A DNA stretch of 64,000 nucleotides from IMG/VR virus record IMGVR_UViG_3300032218_004357, positions 8,080 to 72,079 of that record; one strand, given 5' to 3'. The position numbers and the translations under genes are program-made. The stretch is from a virus (taxonomy: Duplodnaviria > Caudoviricetes). Shown piece after piece: positions 1 through 9,492 of the stretch. The notes beneath the pieces were generated by a model, which was not told the DNA's origin, made no database searches, and saw nothing but the letters and a program-made list of their open reading frames with translations. Positions within the stretch are counted from its first letter, which is position 1, and the number at the start of each line of letters is the position of its first letter.

Positions 1-239
1 GCGAGGACTTTGCCGATGGGTTGGTTCCAGTCGTGGCCCCAGACGACGCGTGGCTTGCGGCGTCGGAGGCTGCCGTCGAACGCACCGGGGGCAACGATGT
101 CGCCGACGGAGTCCTTGTTGCCGACAGCGGCGACGAAGCACTCGACGATGCCCTGCGCTTCGTCGACGTTCAGTTGCCCGGAGATGGCTTTGAAGTCGAG
201 GTCTCCGGATCCAAGAACGTCGTCGTAGAATTCTGTCAT
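1..239 (-). CDS. HK97-family prohead (capsid maturation) protease, 5' part, runs off the window edge
   Basis: Manual translation, not in the ORF track: MTEFYDDVLGSGDLDFKAISGQLNVDEAQGIVECFVAAVGNKDSVGDIVAPGAFDGSLRRRKPRVVWGHDWNQPIGKVL. The 'GN.DS.GD....GAF' and 'W.HD...PIG' motifs are typical of Peptidase_S78. It follows the portal gene. Confidence 0.9.
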   Translation of the reverse strand, partial: MTEFYDDVLGSGDLDFKAISGQLNVDEAQGIVECFVAAVGNKDSVGDIVAPGAFDGSLRRRKPRVVWGHDWNQPIGKVL

Positions 240-278
240 ACCGTGAAGTTACAGTATTTTTCGATGGATCAGGGGAAG

Positions 279-309
279 GTTTACAACAAGTAAGTTGCTT
301 GTTGTAAAC
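279..309. terminator. Perfect 12-bp inverted repeat (GTTTACAACAAG-7nt-CTTGTTGTAAAC) directly after the portal stop; hairpin or operator
   Basis: Seen in sequence. There is no U-tract, so a terminator role is uncertain. Confidence 0.4.
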
Positions 310-2552
310 TACTTCTTCTCCCAGCGCAAGCGGCAACGGCAGTTAATGGTCAACTCGGGAGGTGCCAGCGGGTCGCCCGGGAACCGCAACATCTGCTTGC
401 CAACGACAAAGCCCTCGTCAAACTGAACAGTATTGCCGTCAAGTATGCGGTGAGCACTTCGAACGCGCGAGTCATTCATCGACACCCACGTTTTGGTTAG
501 CGTGCCGTTGCCGCTGCCGTCCATGCGCTGGTGCGCCTGTTCGGCCGAGATGTAGGTCCCCGCGTTGTAGGCAGTCTGTGCCTCGTGCTCTGCGATGGTC
601 CGACGGCGCGAGTTGAGGAGGTGGAGGAACGTAGCGACAACGGCCGCTTTGAGAAGCAGGTGCCGATCCTCATCGGTACCTGCACTAAACGCCTGTGCCG
701 TCTGGATAGCCGTCGCAATCTCGGCACGGGTCGTCTCGTTGGTCTTCTGAACTCGAGCGACCTGATCGTCAAGATATTGCTGCACCGCAGGGTCGTTGAG
801 ATCCACCGATTCGCCGGTCTGCTCGGCGGCGAGGTTGGCCGCTTCCGTCACGATTCCGGCGATCACCGGTCGGACGTCCTCGTCCATCTGCTTATTCCAG
901 ACGTCGAGGTCGAACACCGCTGCAGCCGTCAGCGTCCCCGCCGCCAAGGCCTTGCGCGACTTCGCACCCAACGCCTTCTCGGTGACGACCCGCTGCTGCC
1001 GCTCGAACAGTCGCTCCAGCGATCGGTCGAGGATCTCGGTCCAGCGGTCGGTCGTCGCCTCAGCCTTGACGTCCCACTCGTCGGGCTCCTTGGTCTGGAT
1101 GCCGAACACGGCGTCCTTGAACTGCATCGCTCCCGTCGGAGCCGACGCCTGTTGAGCGGGTCCGGGTTCCGCCGGAGGTGCCCCCGCATCGGCGGCAGCG
1201 GGCGCAGGACCGGTTGCAGAGGGTGCAGCGTTGTCCCCGGCGGGCGGTGCCCCATCTGCGGGCGGAGCCTCGGGCGGCACGGGCGGCGCTCCGGGTGCTG
1301 CGTTCGCGTCCGGTGGCGTCGGAACTTCCAGTTTCTTCTTCGTGTTGCCGATCGGCGTGAGGTTCGGGTTCGCAAGCATCGAGTCAGCCAACTCGGACTC
1401 GACCGTCTTGCGGCCAGCCGCCTCCCGGTACTCGTTGGCGGTGGCGAGACCCTGCTGAAACTCATTCATCACGTACTGGATGCGTTCCTGCTTCGCCATG
1501 ATCAGGACCGGCACCGAACTCGTGTCGAACTCGAAGTACAGGTTGTCGTCGAGGGCGTCCATGCCGCGCGCAAGCATCTCGAGGTGCGGCGGGATCGTCT
1601 CGAGCCAGAAGACCCGCAGTTCCTCGGATGCGTTGGCGTAGGTGCGCCCGGCGGCGTTGCCGACGACCGACTCGGGGACGCCGAATGCTGCGAGGATCTC
1701 CTCTTTGGTGATCTGCCGCATCTCCGTGTAGGAGGCGTCGCGCGGGCTGGCCGAGGTGTCGACGAAGTCGACGCCCGCCTCGGATGCGATCACGGAGACT
1801 GCGCCAGCCCGGTTGATGCCGCCACGGAACCGGGAGCGCAACTCGTCCTTGTCGTCGTTGTCGATCTCGCCGCGCACGACGACGAGCCCGCCCGGGCGGC
1901 CGTCGTTGAGGAGGAAGTTGCGGTTGTAGTACTTCGCGAGGTTCTCGATTTCGATTGCGACGCCCGCAGCCTCCATCGGCGTCATCGAGAGGTACGGGTC
2001 AAGGGGATGCGGATGCTTGAACCAGAGGACCTCGCTGGGCTTGAGGATCTGCTTCGGCTGGCCCGGCAGGATGACCTCGAATCCGGCGACGTAGTTCTTC
2101 GGATCGGGGATCGGCGCCGTGTACTGCGGGGGCAGGAGGTGGAGCGCCACCGGCTGGCCGCCCTTCCCTCGGATGATCTCCACGAAGGCTCCCCGGCTGC
2201 TCGTCAGCAACTGGGCTGAGAGGCGGTACCGGAACGCGAACGAGTCCTCGCCCGGGTTGGAGCGTCGGTTCAGGAGATCGAGCACGTCGGCCTTGACGTC
2301 GAGTTCTCCCGACGGAAGGTTGTCTTTCCGGCCGACGACGGGGAGGCGGGCCACGTTCCCGGCAATGGCATCAATGCACCGGTAGACCCACGTGATCTTC
2401 TTGACGCCGTCGCGGTAGGCGCGATCGATGTCCCACGAGTCTTTGTAGCCGCGATTGAGCGAGCCCGGGTTGGTCGAGATGGGGGCGCCGAGGGGTACGG
2501 ACTTTACTCCCTCGTTATCAAGCCGTTTTGTATCGCGACTATTCCACGCCAC
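309..2552 (-). CDS. Portal protein fused via a Pro/Ala linker to a C-terminal MuF (minor capsid/head morphogenesis) domain
   Basis: N-terminal HK97-type portal motifs (WVYRCIDAIAGNVARLP, NFLLNDGRPGGLV, ILAAFGVPESVVG, NEYRE). C-terminal MuF motifs (RTIAEHE, KTWVSMNDSRVRSAH, FPGDP...INCRC). Confidence 0.9.
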   Translation of the reverse strand: MAWNSRDTKRLDNEGVKSVPLGAPISTNPGSLNRGYKDSWDIDRAYRDGVKKITWVYRCIDAIAGNVARLPVVGRKDNLPSGELDVKADVLDLLNRRSNPGEDSFAFRYRLSAQLLTSSRGAFVEIIRGKGGQPVALHLLPPQYTAPIPDPKNYVAGFEVILPGQPKQILKPSEVLWFKHPHPLDPYLSMTPMEAAGVAIEIENLAKYYNRNFLLNDGRPGGLVVVRGEIDNDDKDELRSRFRGGINRAGAVSVIASEAGVDFVDTSASPRDASYTEMRQITKEEILAAFGVPESVVGNAAGRTYANASEELRVFWLETIPPHLEMLARGMDALDDNLYFEFDTSSVPVLIMAKQERIQYVMNEFQQGLATANEYREAAGRKTVESELADSMLANPNLTPIGNTKKKLEVPTPPDANAAPGAPPVPPEAPPADGAPPAGDNAAPSATGPAPAAADAGAPPAEPGPAQQASAPTGAMQFKDAVFGIQTKEPDEWDVKAEATTDRWTEILDRSLERLFERQQRVVTEKALGAKSRKALAAGTLTAAAVFDLDVWNKQMDEDVRPVIAGIVTEAANLAAEQTGESVDLNDPAVQQYLDDQVARVQKTNETTRAEIATAIQTAQAFSAGTDEDRHLLLKAAVVATFLHLLNSRRRTIAEHEAQTAYNAGTYISAEQAHQRMDGSGNGTLTKTWVSMNDSRVRSAHRILDGNTVQFDEGFVVGKQMLRFPGDPLAPPELTINCRCRLRWEKK

Positions 2553-2743
2553 TATTCAGCCCCAAGGATGTATCCGACAATGCCTGACAGCAGTCCAGCG
2601 GCAATCCAACCGGCGGGCGGATAAATCATAAACGCTCCGATGGTTGGGAAGACAACGAACGCAATCATTAGAATATTAGCGCTCCAGTGGCGCCAATCCA
2701 TCTCCATGCGCAGATACGACAATACTCGCCGTATGAAGTTCAC
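2552..2743 (-). CDS. Small two-TM membrane protein upstream of portal
   Basis: 63 aa with two hydrophobic segments; stop overlaps the portal start. Confidence 0.65.
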   Translation of the reverse strand: MNFIRRVLSYLRMEMDWRHWSANILMIAFVVFPTIGAFMIYPPAGWIAAGLLSGIVGYILGAE

Positions 2744-2808
2744 GAAACCACCTTGCGCTGCTAGCGTTCAGTTTTGCCGGGAGGCTACATCGAAGAGGGG
2801 CACAACGC

Positions 2809-4116
2809 GTGACCGACTGGGATGAAATCCTTCGGTACCTCCGACCGCGCGAGGTGCCGTATTGTCCAGAGAAACCGAGTATCCCACAACAGGTGTTCCT
2901 GCGGACGAACGCTATCGAAGCGCTGTTCGGAGGCGCGGCCGGTGGTGGTAAGTCGTCCGCTCTCCTGATGGCGGCGATGCAGTACATCGACGTTCCCAAC
3001 TACTCGGCGATGTTGTTTCGTCGCACGCTCGCTGACCTCACCCTTCCCGGCGCGCTCATGGACCGGTTCCGGGATTGGACTGCCCACTACGAGGAAATCC
3101 GGTTCAATCAAAACACCTACACGGCGGTGTTTCCCTCCGGAGCCCGCATCACGTTCGGATACCTCAACAACAAGGACGACTACCTCCGCTACAAGGGTGT
3201 GGAAGCCCAGTTCGTCGGCATGGACGAGGTCACCGAAATTCGGGAATCCGATTACCGGTACTTGTTCTCCCGCCTCCGCCGTCCGGCCAGCGGCCCACTC
3301 GCTCAGGTGCCGCTGCGCATGCGCTGCGCCTCGAACCCGGCGCCCAACTGGGTTCGGCAACGGTTCCTCGTCGAGGGTCCGTCGAAGGGGCGGATCTTCG
3401 TGCCGTCGCGCCTCACCGACAACCCGGGCGTCGACGCCAACTCCTACCGTCGAGCCCTCCAAGAGTTGGACCCGATCGAGCGGGCCCGGCTCGAGATGGG
3501 TGACTGGTGGGCGACCAGCCTTGGTTCGCTGTTCGAACGAACCAACTTCGTGCAGATCGATCCCACCGACGTTCCGGACCTTGTGGACCCGCCGCCGCGC
3601 GCCGTGCGGTTCTGGGACCTTGCGGCCACCGAGGTGTCCGAACGCAACCCGGACCCGGACTGGACCGTTGGCACCCTGATGATGGTTCATAACGGCATCT
3701 ATTACGTCCTCGACGTCAAGCGCATTCGCGACCGTGGGGACAAGGTCGAAGCCCTCATCGCTCAGACCGCCGCCGAAGACGGCATCGGAGTGGCGATTCG
3801 CGTCGAGCAGGAGCCCGGTTCAGCGGGTAAGGCCCTCATCGATCAATACGCCCGGTACATCGTGCCCGGGTACGACTTTATGGGCGAGCGCGCCACGGGC
3901 GACAAGGTGAGCCGATCCCGCCCGTTCGCGTCGGCGGTCGCCAACGGGAACGTACGGGTGCTGCGCGCGTCGTGGCTCACCGACTGGCTCGACGAACTCG
4001 CCTCCTTCCCCGAAGCGGCGGCGCACGACGACCAAGTCGACTCGGCGGTCGGAGCATTCTCGTTCCTGTCCGGTCTTGGACACGGACGGCGAGCCCGTGC
4101 TAGCCTCATCGTCTGA
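2809..4116 (+). CDS. terL: Terminase large subunit (Terminase_6-type ATPase + RNase H-like nuclease)
   Basis: Walker A GGAAGGGKS, Walker B VGMDEVTE, ASNP motif, RFWDLAA, HDDQVDS nuclease motif. Confidence 0.93.
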   Translation: MTDWDEILRYLRPREVPYCPEKPSIPQQVFLRTNAIEALFGGAAGGGKSSALLMAAMQYIDVPNYSAMLFRRTLADLTLPGALMDRFRDWTAHYEEIRFNQNTYTAVFPSGARITFGYLNNKDDYLRYKGVEAQFVGMDEVTEIRESDYRYLFSRLRRPASGPLAQVPLRMRCASNPAPNWVRQRFLVEGPSKGRIFVPSRLTDNPGVDANSYRRALQELDPIERARLEMGDWWATSLGSLFERTNFVQIDPTDVPDLVDPPPRAVRFWDLAATEVSERNPDPDWTVGTLMMVHNGIYYVLDVKRIRDRGDKVEALIAQTAAEDGIGVAIRVEQEPGSAGKALIDQYARYIVPGYDFMGERATGDKVSRSRPFASAVANGNVRVLRASWLTDWLDELASFPEAAAHDDQVDSAVGAFSFLSGLGHGRRARASLIV

Positions 4117-4148
4117 CCTAGTAAGCGTTGCGTACTGAAGAGGAGCGG

Positions 4149-4640
4149 ATGAGCACCGTAAACCCCCTTATTGCTGACGCACAGCGCATCTTCCGTGATC
4201 TGCTGGCGAACCTCGACAACGTACCTTCCGGTTCGCTCGATGATCTTGCTGAAACCGTGTTGGCGCTCGACGACCTGCGCGTCAACCTCGCAGCCGTACG
4301 CGACGCATATGAGCAGCGGCTTGTCGGCGAGATGGACGACCTCCCCGAGATCACGGTCGAGGGTGCCATCCTCCAGAAGCGTCGGTCCGACAGCCGCAAG
4401 GCGTGGGACCACAAAGTGCTCGCCACCGACCTCGCCGAGCGCCTCGTCCAGATGTCGTTCGACATGGAGACCGGCGAGGTCCTCAAGTCTCCCGAAGAAC
4501 TCATCCGTGAAGTCCTCGACTACGCGGGCGTGTCCTACTGGAAGGTGAAAGCGCTCAGTGGCGTGGGCATCGTCGCCGACGACTACTGCGAAGTCACCGA
4601 AGGCCCCCTCAAGATCCGCATCCAGCGTCTCGACGCCTGA
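4149..4640 (+). CDS. Hypothetical protein upstream of the recombination genes
   Basis: AGGAG RBS before ATG 4149; phage-like codon usage. Confidence 0.65.
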   Translation: MSTVNPLIADAQRIFRDLLANLDNVPSGSLDDLAETVLALDDLRVNLAAVRDAYEQRLVGEMDDLPEITVEGAILQKRRSDSRKAWDHKVLATDLAERLVQMSFDMETGEVLKSPEELIREVLDYAGVSYWKVKALSGVGIVADDYCEVTEGPLKIRIQRLDA

Positions 4641-4659
4641 CCTACCGGAGTATCGAACC

Positions 4660-5448
4660 ATGCCCCCCGCCAAGAAGCCCGCCACCTCCATCGAGCCGCT
4701 CGTCGAGGACCTTCCGATCGAACAGCCCTACGACGACATCCTCGACGCGCGTGACGCTGAACGCGCCCGCATCGTTGTCGAGAAGCAGACCGCCCTCGCC
4801 GAGCCGTTCCCCAAGGAGATGCTCCGGTTCCATCAGGGCAAGAAGTTGACCTACATTCCGGTTGCCGAGGTTATCGCCCGCATGAACCGGGTGCTCGGCG
4901 TCGACGGCTGGTCGAGCGAGGTCGTGCGCATCTGGCGCGAGGACGACCAGCCCGACTGGGTCCTCGCCCACGTGCGCGTCACCGCCATGATCGACTACAA
5001 GCAGATCGTCCACGACGGCGTCGGCGGCCAGCAGGTCAAGAAGTTGCGCTCCGGCAACGGCGTCGTCGACCTCGGCGACGAGTACAAGGGCGCCATGTCC
5101 GACGCGTTCAAGAAGGCCTGCCAAGGTTTCGGCGTCGGCATCGACCTCGCCCGCACGGACGACGCCCTCGCCGTCGAGGAGTCGTACGCGACGCCGCCGA
5201 TCACCGAGCAGCCCGCGTCCACGCAGAACGCGATGGCCGATGCCGTGAGCGCCGAGACGTGGAACACGTTCGTCGCCACGATGAAGGCTTGCACGGACGA
5301 CGAGAAAGCCGCCGTGCGCGAGTGGTGGCAGGCCAACTACGGCGACTACGGCAACCCGAACGCCGACACCTCCACCGAGGACCAGATCGTCGCCCTCAAC
5401 GCGACCATCGCCATCATCCGCCTCGGCGCCGAACCGGTCAACGAGTGA
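4660..5448 (+). CDS. Rad52/Rad22-family single-strand annealing protein (Sak-like)
   Basis: LTYIPVAEVIARMNRVLGVDGWS and YKGAMSDAFKKACQGFGVG match the Rad52_Rad22 signature. Confidence 0.88.
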   Translation: MPPAKKPATSIEPLVEDLPIEQPYDDILDARDAERARIVVEKQTALAEPFPKEMLRFHQGKKLTYIPVAEVIARMNRVLGVDGWSSEVVRIWREDDQPDWVLAHVRVTAMIDYKQIVHDGVGGQQVKKLRSGNGVVDLGDEYKGAMSDAFKKACQGFGVGIDLARTDDALAVEESYATPPITEQPASTQNAMADAVSAETWNTFVATMKACTDDEKAAVREWWQANYGDYGNPNADTSTEDQIVALNATIAIIRLGAEPVNE

Positions 5449-6260
5449 CCCGCAAACCGAACGTGCTGGTCGTTCAGACCGAACCGGTCGCCGACGACAA
5501 GCGACCGAAGTACCTGTCGCCGTCGTCGGTGTCGACGTTTGAGCAGTGTCCGCTCCGGTATCGGTACAGCCGGATCGACCGCTTGCCCGAACCGGCCACG
5601 GAAGCACAGGCGCTCGGCTCGTTCGCGCACGAAGTCCTCGAATCCCTCATGTTGCTCGCCCACGAAGAACGAACGCTGGGACGCGCCCGGCAACTTCTGC
5701 TCGACGGCTGGGACGCGAAGTGGAACGCTGAAACGCACGACCTGCGGCTCAGCGACTACGAACGGCACGTGTTTCGGTGGAACGTGTGGCGGTGCATCGA
5801 GAACTACTTCGCGCTCGAAGATCCGGCCACCGTGACGCTCGAAGGCGTCGAAGCGCGACTCGAGGGCACGATCGAGGGGGTACCGGTCCTTGGGATCCTC
5901 GACCGGTGGCAGTTCGCCCCCGACGGTACCGCCGTGATCAGCGACTACAAGACCGGCAAGGTCGCACGAAAGCCGTATGACGCCGAGAAGCGTCTGCAGT
6001 TGATGGTCTACGTCACGCTGCACGAGATGCTGCATGACGTCACGGTCGGCACCGCCGAATTGATCTATCTCAAGGGCAAGGGCACGCGCGTGGCGTACGA
6101 ACCGACGCCGGAAGCGCGCGCTGAGATGGTGAGCACCGTTACCACCGTGTGGGATGGCGTAGATTCATCCTGCGCTTCCGGTGAGTTCGAAGCGCGCAAG
6201 AGCCGCTTGTGTGACTGGTGCTCTTTCAAAAGTATTTGTCCAGCGTGGGAGAGAAAGTAA
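5445..6260 (+). CDS. PD-(D/E)XK (RecB/AddB/Cas4-like) exonuclease with a 1+3 Cys Fe-S pattern
   Basis: LSPSSVSTFEQCP, GILDR, DYKTGK, QLMVY, CDWCSFKSIC. GTGA overlap with the annealase stop. Confidence 0.88.
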   Translation: MTRKPNVLVVQTEPVADDKRPKYLSPSSVSTFEQCPLRYRYSRIDRLPEPATEAQALGSFAHEVLESLMLLAHEERTLGRARQLLLDGWDAKWNAETHDLRLSDYERHVFRWNVWRCIENYFALEDPATVTLEGVEARLEGTIEGVPVLGILDRWQFAPDGTAVISDYKTGKVARKPYDAEKRLQLMVYVTLHEMLHDVTVGTAELIYLKGKGTRVAYEPTPEARAEMVSTVTTVWDGVDSSCASGEFEARKSRLCDWCSFKSICPAWERK

Positions 6261-6264
6261 CACC

Positions 6265-6795
6265 ATGATGACCGACGACGCTTTTGCCCGGCTCGTTGCC
6301 GAAGAAGTCAAAAATCGCGTTACCGACGAGCAGCGCGAGTACCTCAATCTTCCGGAGAACAGGGAACGGTGGCAGCGAGGCCTATCGGCCCTGATCGAGA
6401 ACCTCGACAGTCAGATCGCCGAACTCGACGATCGCGAGCAGCGAGAGGGCGAACGCTACCGGTCACTCGGTAGCGACGGCCTCAAGTTGCTCGCCGAGAT
6501 GCTCGCCGATGTCGAGTACCGGAAGAAGAAGGTCGTGCGATTCCGGCATCACGTCGAGCGCCGTCTCGACGCCGTCCGACGCCTCGCCGAAGGCCAGTCG
6601 GAGGTCGTGGAAGAACGCGCGCGACTCGTCGAGTTCCTGCGCAACGCGATCCAACAGCACAAGACCTACATGACGATCGCCGACCTCAACGCCACGCCGA
6701 TCGATACGGCGTTGTGGGCAGCGCTTGACGGTCGCTGGGAGTTCGACCAGATCGACCCGCACGCTTTGCCAGATTCCGACGAAGACGACGAGTAA
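6265..6795 (+). CDS. Hypothetical coiled-coil protein
   Basis: Contiguous ORF in the operon, helical and charged. Confidence 0.65.
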   Translation: MMTDDAFARLVAEEVKNRVTDEQREYLNLPENRERWQRGLSALIENLDSQIAELDDREQREGERYRSLGSDGLKLLAEMLADVEYRKKKVVRFRHHVERRLDAVRRLAEGQSEVVEERARLVEFLRNAIQQHKTYMTIADLNATPIDTALWAALDGRWEFDQIDPHALPDSDEDDE

Positions 6796-6797
6796 CC

Positions 6798-7904
6798 GTG
6801 CTCCGTTCGACGGTCAAGGTTGGCGCCGCCACCACCGACTGGTCGCACACCGTCCTCGATGAACGGCACTACCCGGCGATGGGTGGTGCGGGATGGGCTC
6901 GCATCGGGCAGGTCAAGGCGGCAAGCCGCAACCACTGGGTTGCCGGACGACTCCTGCCGATTCACGGGCGAAGCGGTGCGGCACGCGACCTGCGCCTTGC
7001 CGTCACCACATGGGATCGCGTCACGCACGCCGACTGTCCGGTCATCGTCTTGCAGCGGTACATGGACGACGACGTCGTCGCGCTCGTACGTACGGCGCGA
7101 GCCAACGGGCAGATCGTCATCAACGATCTCGACGACTGGTTCTGGGGGCTGCACCCCGAGAATCGGGCATACCGAGATACGTCCCCAGACCTGAACGAAC
7201 GCTCCAACATCGAGCACTACCGGCACACTCTGCTGGCTTCATCAGCGGTCGTCACGTCCACCCGCTTTCTTGCGGATCGCGTCAACGAGTGGAATCCACG
7301 ATTGCGAGTCGAGTGCATTCCGAACGGCATTGCCGTCGACCGGTTCCCGACTCGTCGGCACCGGGCTGGACCCACGACGATCGGATGGGTCGGTTCGACA
7401 GCGCATCGATCCGGCGATCTTGCGTTGTTGCGGAAACCGTTTGCTGGGCTCGACAAGAAAGTGGGGTTCCACCACACCGGGCATCACCACGATTTCCCGT
7501 CGTTCGCTCAGCAGGCAGGTGTATCGGCAGAGCGCGTGTCAACAACGCCGATGCTCGCGCCTTACGAGTACCCGTACGGGTTCTTGTTCGACGTAGGGGT
7601 CGTCCCCCTCGTCGACATTCCGTTCAATCACGCCAAGTCGAACATCAAAGGGCTCGAGTATGCCGCAGCCGGGATCCCGTTCGTGGCCTCACCATTGCCC
7701 GAGTACGTCATCCTCGCCGAAGAGTACGGCGTAGGACGGCTAGCAAAGACTGCGCGCGACTGGCAACGTCACCTCAAAGCCCTGCTCGATTACGAAGTAC
7801 GACGCGACGAATCTCGTCGCCAACGCCACATCGTGGCGGAACATTTCACTGTCCGCAAACAGGCTCAAGCGTGGGACAATCTGATGTGGGATCTCATCGG
7901 ATGA
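6798..7904 (+). CDS. GT-B fold glycosyltransferase (GT4-like)
   Basis: INDLDDW, IGWVGS..H..DL, KSNIKGLEYAAAGIPFVASP motifs. Confidence 0.85.
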   Translation: MLRSTVKVGAATTDWSHTVLDERHYPAMGGAGWARIGQVKAASRNHWVAGRLLPIHGRSGAARDLRLAVTTWDRVTHADCPVIVLQRYMDDDVVALVRTARANGQIVINDLDDWFWGLHPENRAYRDTSPDLNERSNIEHYRHTLLASSAVVTSTRFLADRVNEWNPRLRVECIPNGIAVDRFPTRRHRAGPTTIGWVGSTAHRSGDLALLRKPFAGLDKKVGFHHTGHHHDFPSFAQQAGVSAERVSTTPMLAPYEYPYGFLFDVGVVPLVDIPFNHAKSNIKGLEYAAAGIPFVASPLPEYVILAEEYGVGRLAKTARDWQRHLKALLDYEVRRDESRRQRHIVAEHFTVRKQAQAWDNLMWDLIG

Positions 7905-8209
7905 GGCGACGCTCACCGAAACGCGAAGCGGACTACGAGATTCGGCGTCCGCTCGTCCGACGGCTCCTTGAAGAACGGCCGTGGTGTGAGGCGTGCCCCA
8001 TCTTCGCTGCGCACGATGCGAAGATCACCTACGTCCGGCAGCGAAGCGTCGACATTCACGAGGTGCTCACGCGCGGTCGCGGAGGATCCATCTTGGATGA
8101 ACCCAACCTGCTCGCCGTGTGTCGTCCGTGCCATCGACGGATTGGCAACTACCCGACGCTGTCCAATCAACTGGGGTTGACTCGAGCAAGTTGGGACACG
8201 GGCTTGTAG
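7901..8209 (+). CDS. HNH endonuclease
   Basis: CEAC...DIHEVLTRGRGG....NLLAVCRPCH. ATGA overlap with the GT stop. Confidence 0.82.
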   Translation: MRRRSPKREADYEIRRPLVRRLLEERPWCEACPIFAAHDAKITYVRQRSVDIHEVLTRGRGGSILDEPNLLAVCRPCHRRIGNYPTLSNQLGLTRASWDTGL

Positions 8210-8211
8210 GG

Positions 8212-8820
8212 CTACTCCATCGGCGGCATCGTCACCGACTGCTCGCGCAGCCGTTGCGATCCAGACCATGCAGCGGCTAGTTGCTGGCCGTCACCAGTAA
8301 GTTCCTCGCCACCGTACAGGTACCCGCCCCATCCAGCCGCTTCGTTGATGATGTCGGCGGTATGAATCATTTTGATTGACATGCGGCGCCGTCGGAAGGC
8401 GGGCGCAGTGTAGATCTGCTCCAACTTGGGGTCGCCTTTACCCCACCGGATCGCACCAGCCTGCGGTCGTGATGCTCCAACCTCGGCTCGATATTGATCT
8501 GTCGTGAGGACAGTGCCGTCAGGATACCGAGCATCGGCGTACACAATGAGTGAAATCGTTGGCACAAGCCCGTGATGTTCTTCCACGAGCACCCACCAGA
8601 GCGGCGGAGCATCCGGCAGATGGTCGTGGATCATTCCGACGACAAGATGACCGGCCGTATCAACGGTTGTCCACGAGAAGGCTGGTGCCGCCGAGGGACG
8701 GTCGCCGCCGATGATCGTGGTCGACTTGGGATGCTCGTCCGTCTCGAACGACTCGACGCGCGCCCAGCGATCGTCCAGCAGACCATCCCGCCAGTACCAC
8801 AGTTGCGCGAACTTGGACAT
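8212..8820 (-). CDS. Putative GNAT-fold acetyltransferase
   Basis: C-terminal IYTAPAFRRRRMS resembles GNAT motif A (V.P..RR.G). Start placed at ATG 8820, just after the upstream stop. Confidence 0.45.
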   Translation of the reverse strand: MSKFAQLWYWRDGLLDDRWARVESFETDEHPKSTTIIGGDRPSAAPAFSWTTVDTAGHLVVGMIHDHLPDAPPLWWVLVEEHHGLVPTISLIVYADARYPDGTVLTTDQYRAEVGASRPQAGAIRWGKGDPKLEQIYTAPAFRRRRMSIKMIHTADIINEAAGWGGYLYGGEELTGDGQQLAAAWSGSQRLREQSVTMPPME

Positions 8821-8822
8821 TG

Positions 8823-9323
8823 TCAGTCGAGATTCGTTGCACCCGTGTAAGCGATAGAGATGGTCGCCGTCGTGGCTGACCAATCAAAGTCCCCGGGGAA
8901 GTCGCCATCATCGGGGAATACCCACACGGTGAGGTACTCATCGGTGTCCATCTGAGCGACGTCAGCCGTGTACGCGTCGCCGAAGGTGTACCACTCGTAC
9001 TCGTCCACGGGCGTGCAGATGCTGCTGCGCCACAGGGTCTCGGAGCAGATGACCTGCGGCTTCTCGGCGTCGCCGAAGAACGGCACGATGTCCTCGGCCC
9101 AGTTCGGGGATTCGGCCTTGGCGCGACGGCCCTTCACGACGGCCAGCCGATACACGCGACCGTCTTCCGCCATGTCGCCCACGGCGGACGCGTCCACGGT
9201 GAACGACACGGCGGTCACCTTGACGCGAGTCGGGAACGAGATGATCCGGTACGGGGCAGGCCACCCGTTCTCCGTGATCGGGGTGCTGACCGTGATGATC
9301 GAATCGGGAATAACGCCGGACAT
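8823..9323 (-). CDS. Hypothetical protein
   Basis: 166-aa ORF with GAGG RBS and phage-like codon usage. Confidence 0.6.
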   Translation of the reverse strand: MSGVIPDSIITVSTPITENGWPAPYRIISFPTRVKVTAVSFTVDASAVGDMAEDGRVYRLAVVKGRRAKAESPNWAEDIVPFFGDAEKPQVICSETLWRSSICTPVDEYEWYTFGDAYTADVAQMDTDEYLTVWVFPDDGDFPGDFDWSATTATISIAYTGATNLD

Positions 9324-9492
9324 TCATGCCTCCTCGGGACACAACACGATACCAGAAACGAATCGTATTTCGAAATACTACTGCAACGAATAATCCTCAC
9401 CAGTCCGGTCGCCCGAACGGTGGGGAAGATTCGTGATCCAGTATACGTTCGGTCCTTGCGGTCCAGTCGCAACCTCGCTACGCTCGGCAGCC

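Noticed and set aside
5445-6260. Cas4 / CRISPR adaptation gene
   Set aside because: It has the Cas4/AddB-like Cys pattern but is translationally coupled to a Rad52-like annealase, the standard phage exonuclease-recombinase pair; no array or other cas genes nearby.
7901-8209. HNH as a mobile homing endonuclease or terminase-associated HNH
   Set aside because: It is short, translationally coupled within the operon, not inside an intron and not adjacent to terL or cos; no evidence for either role.
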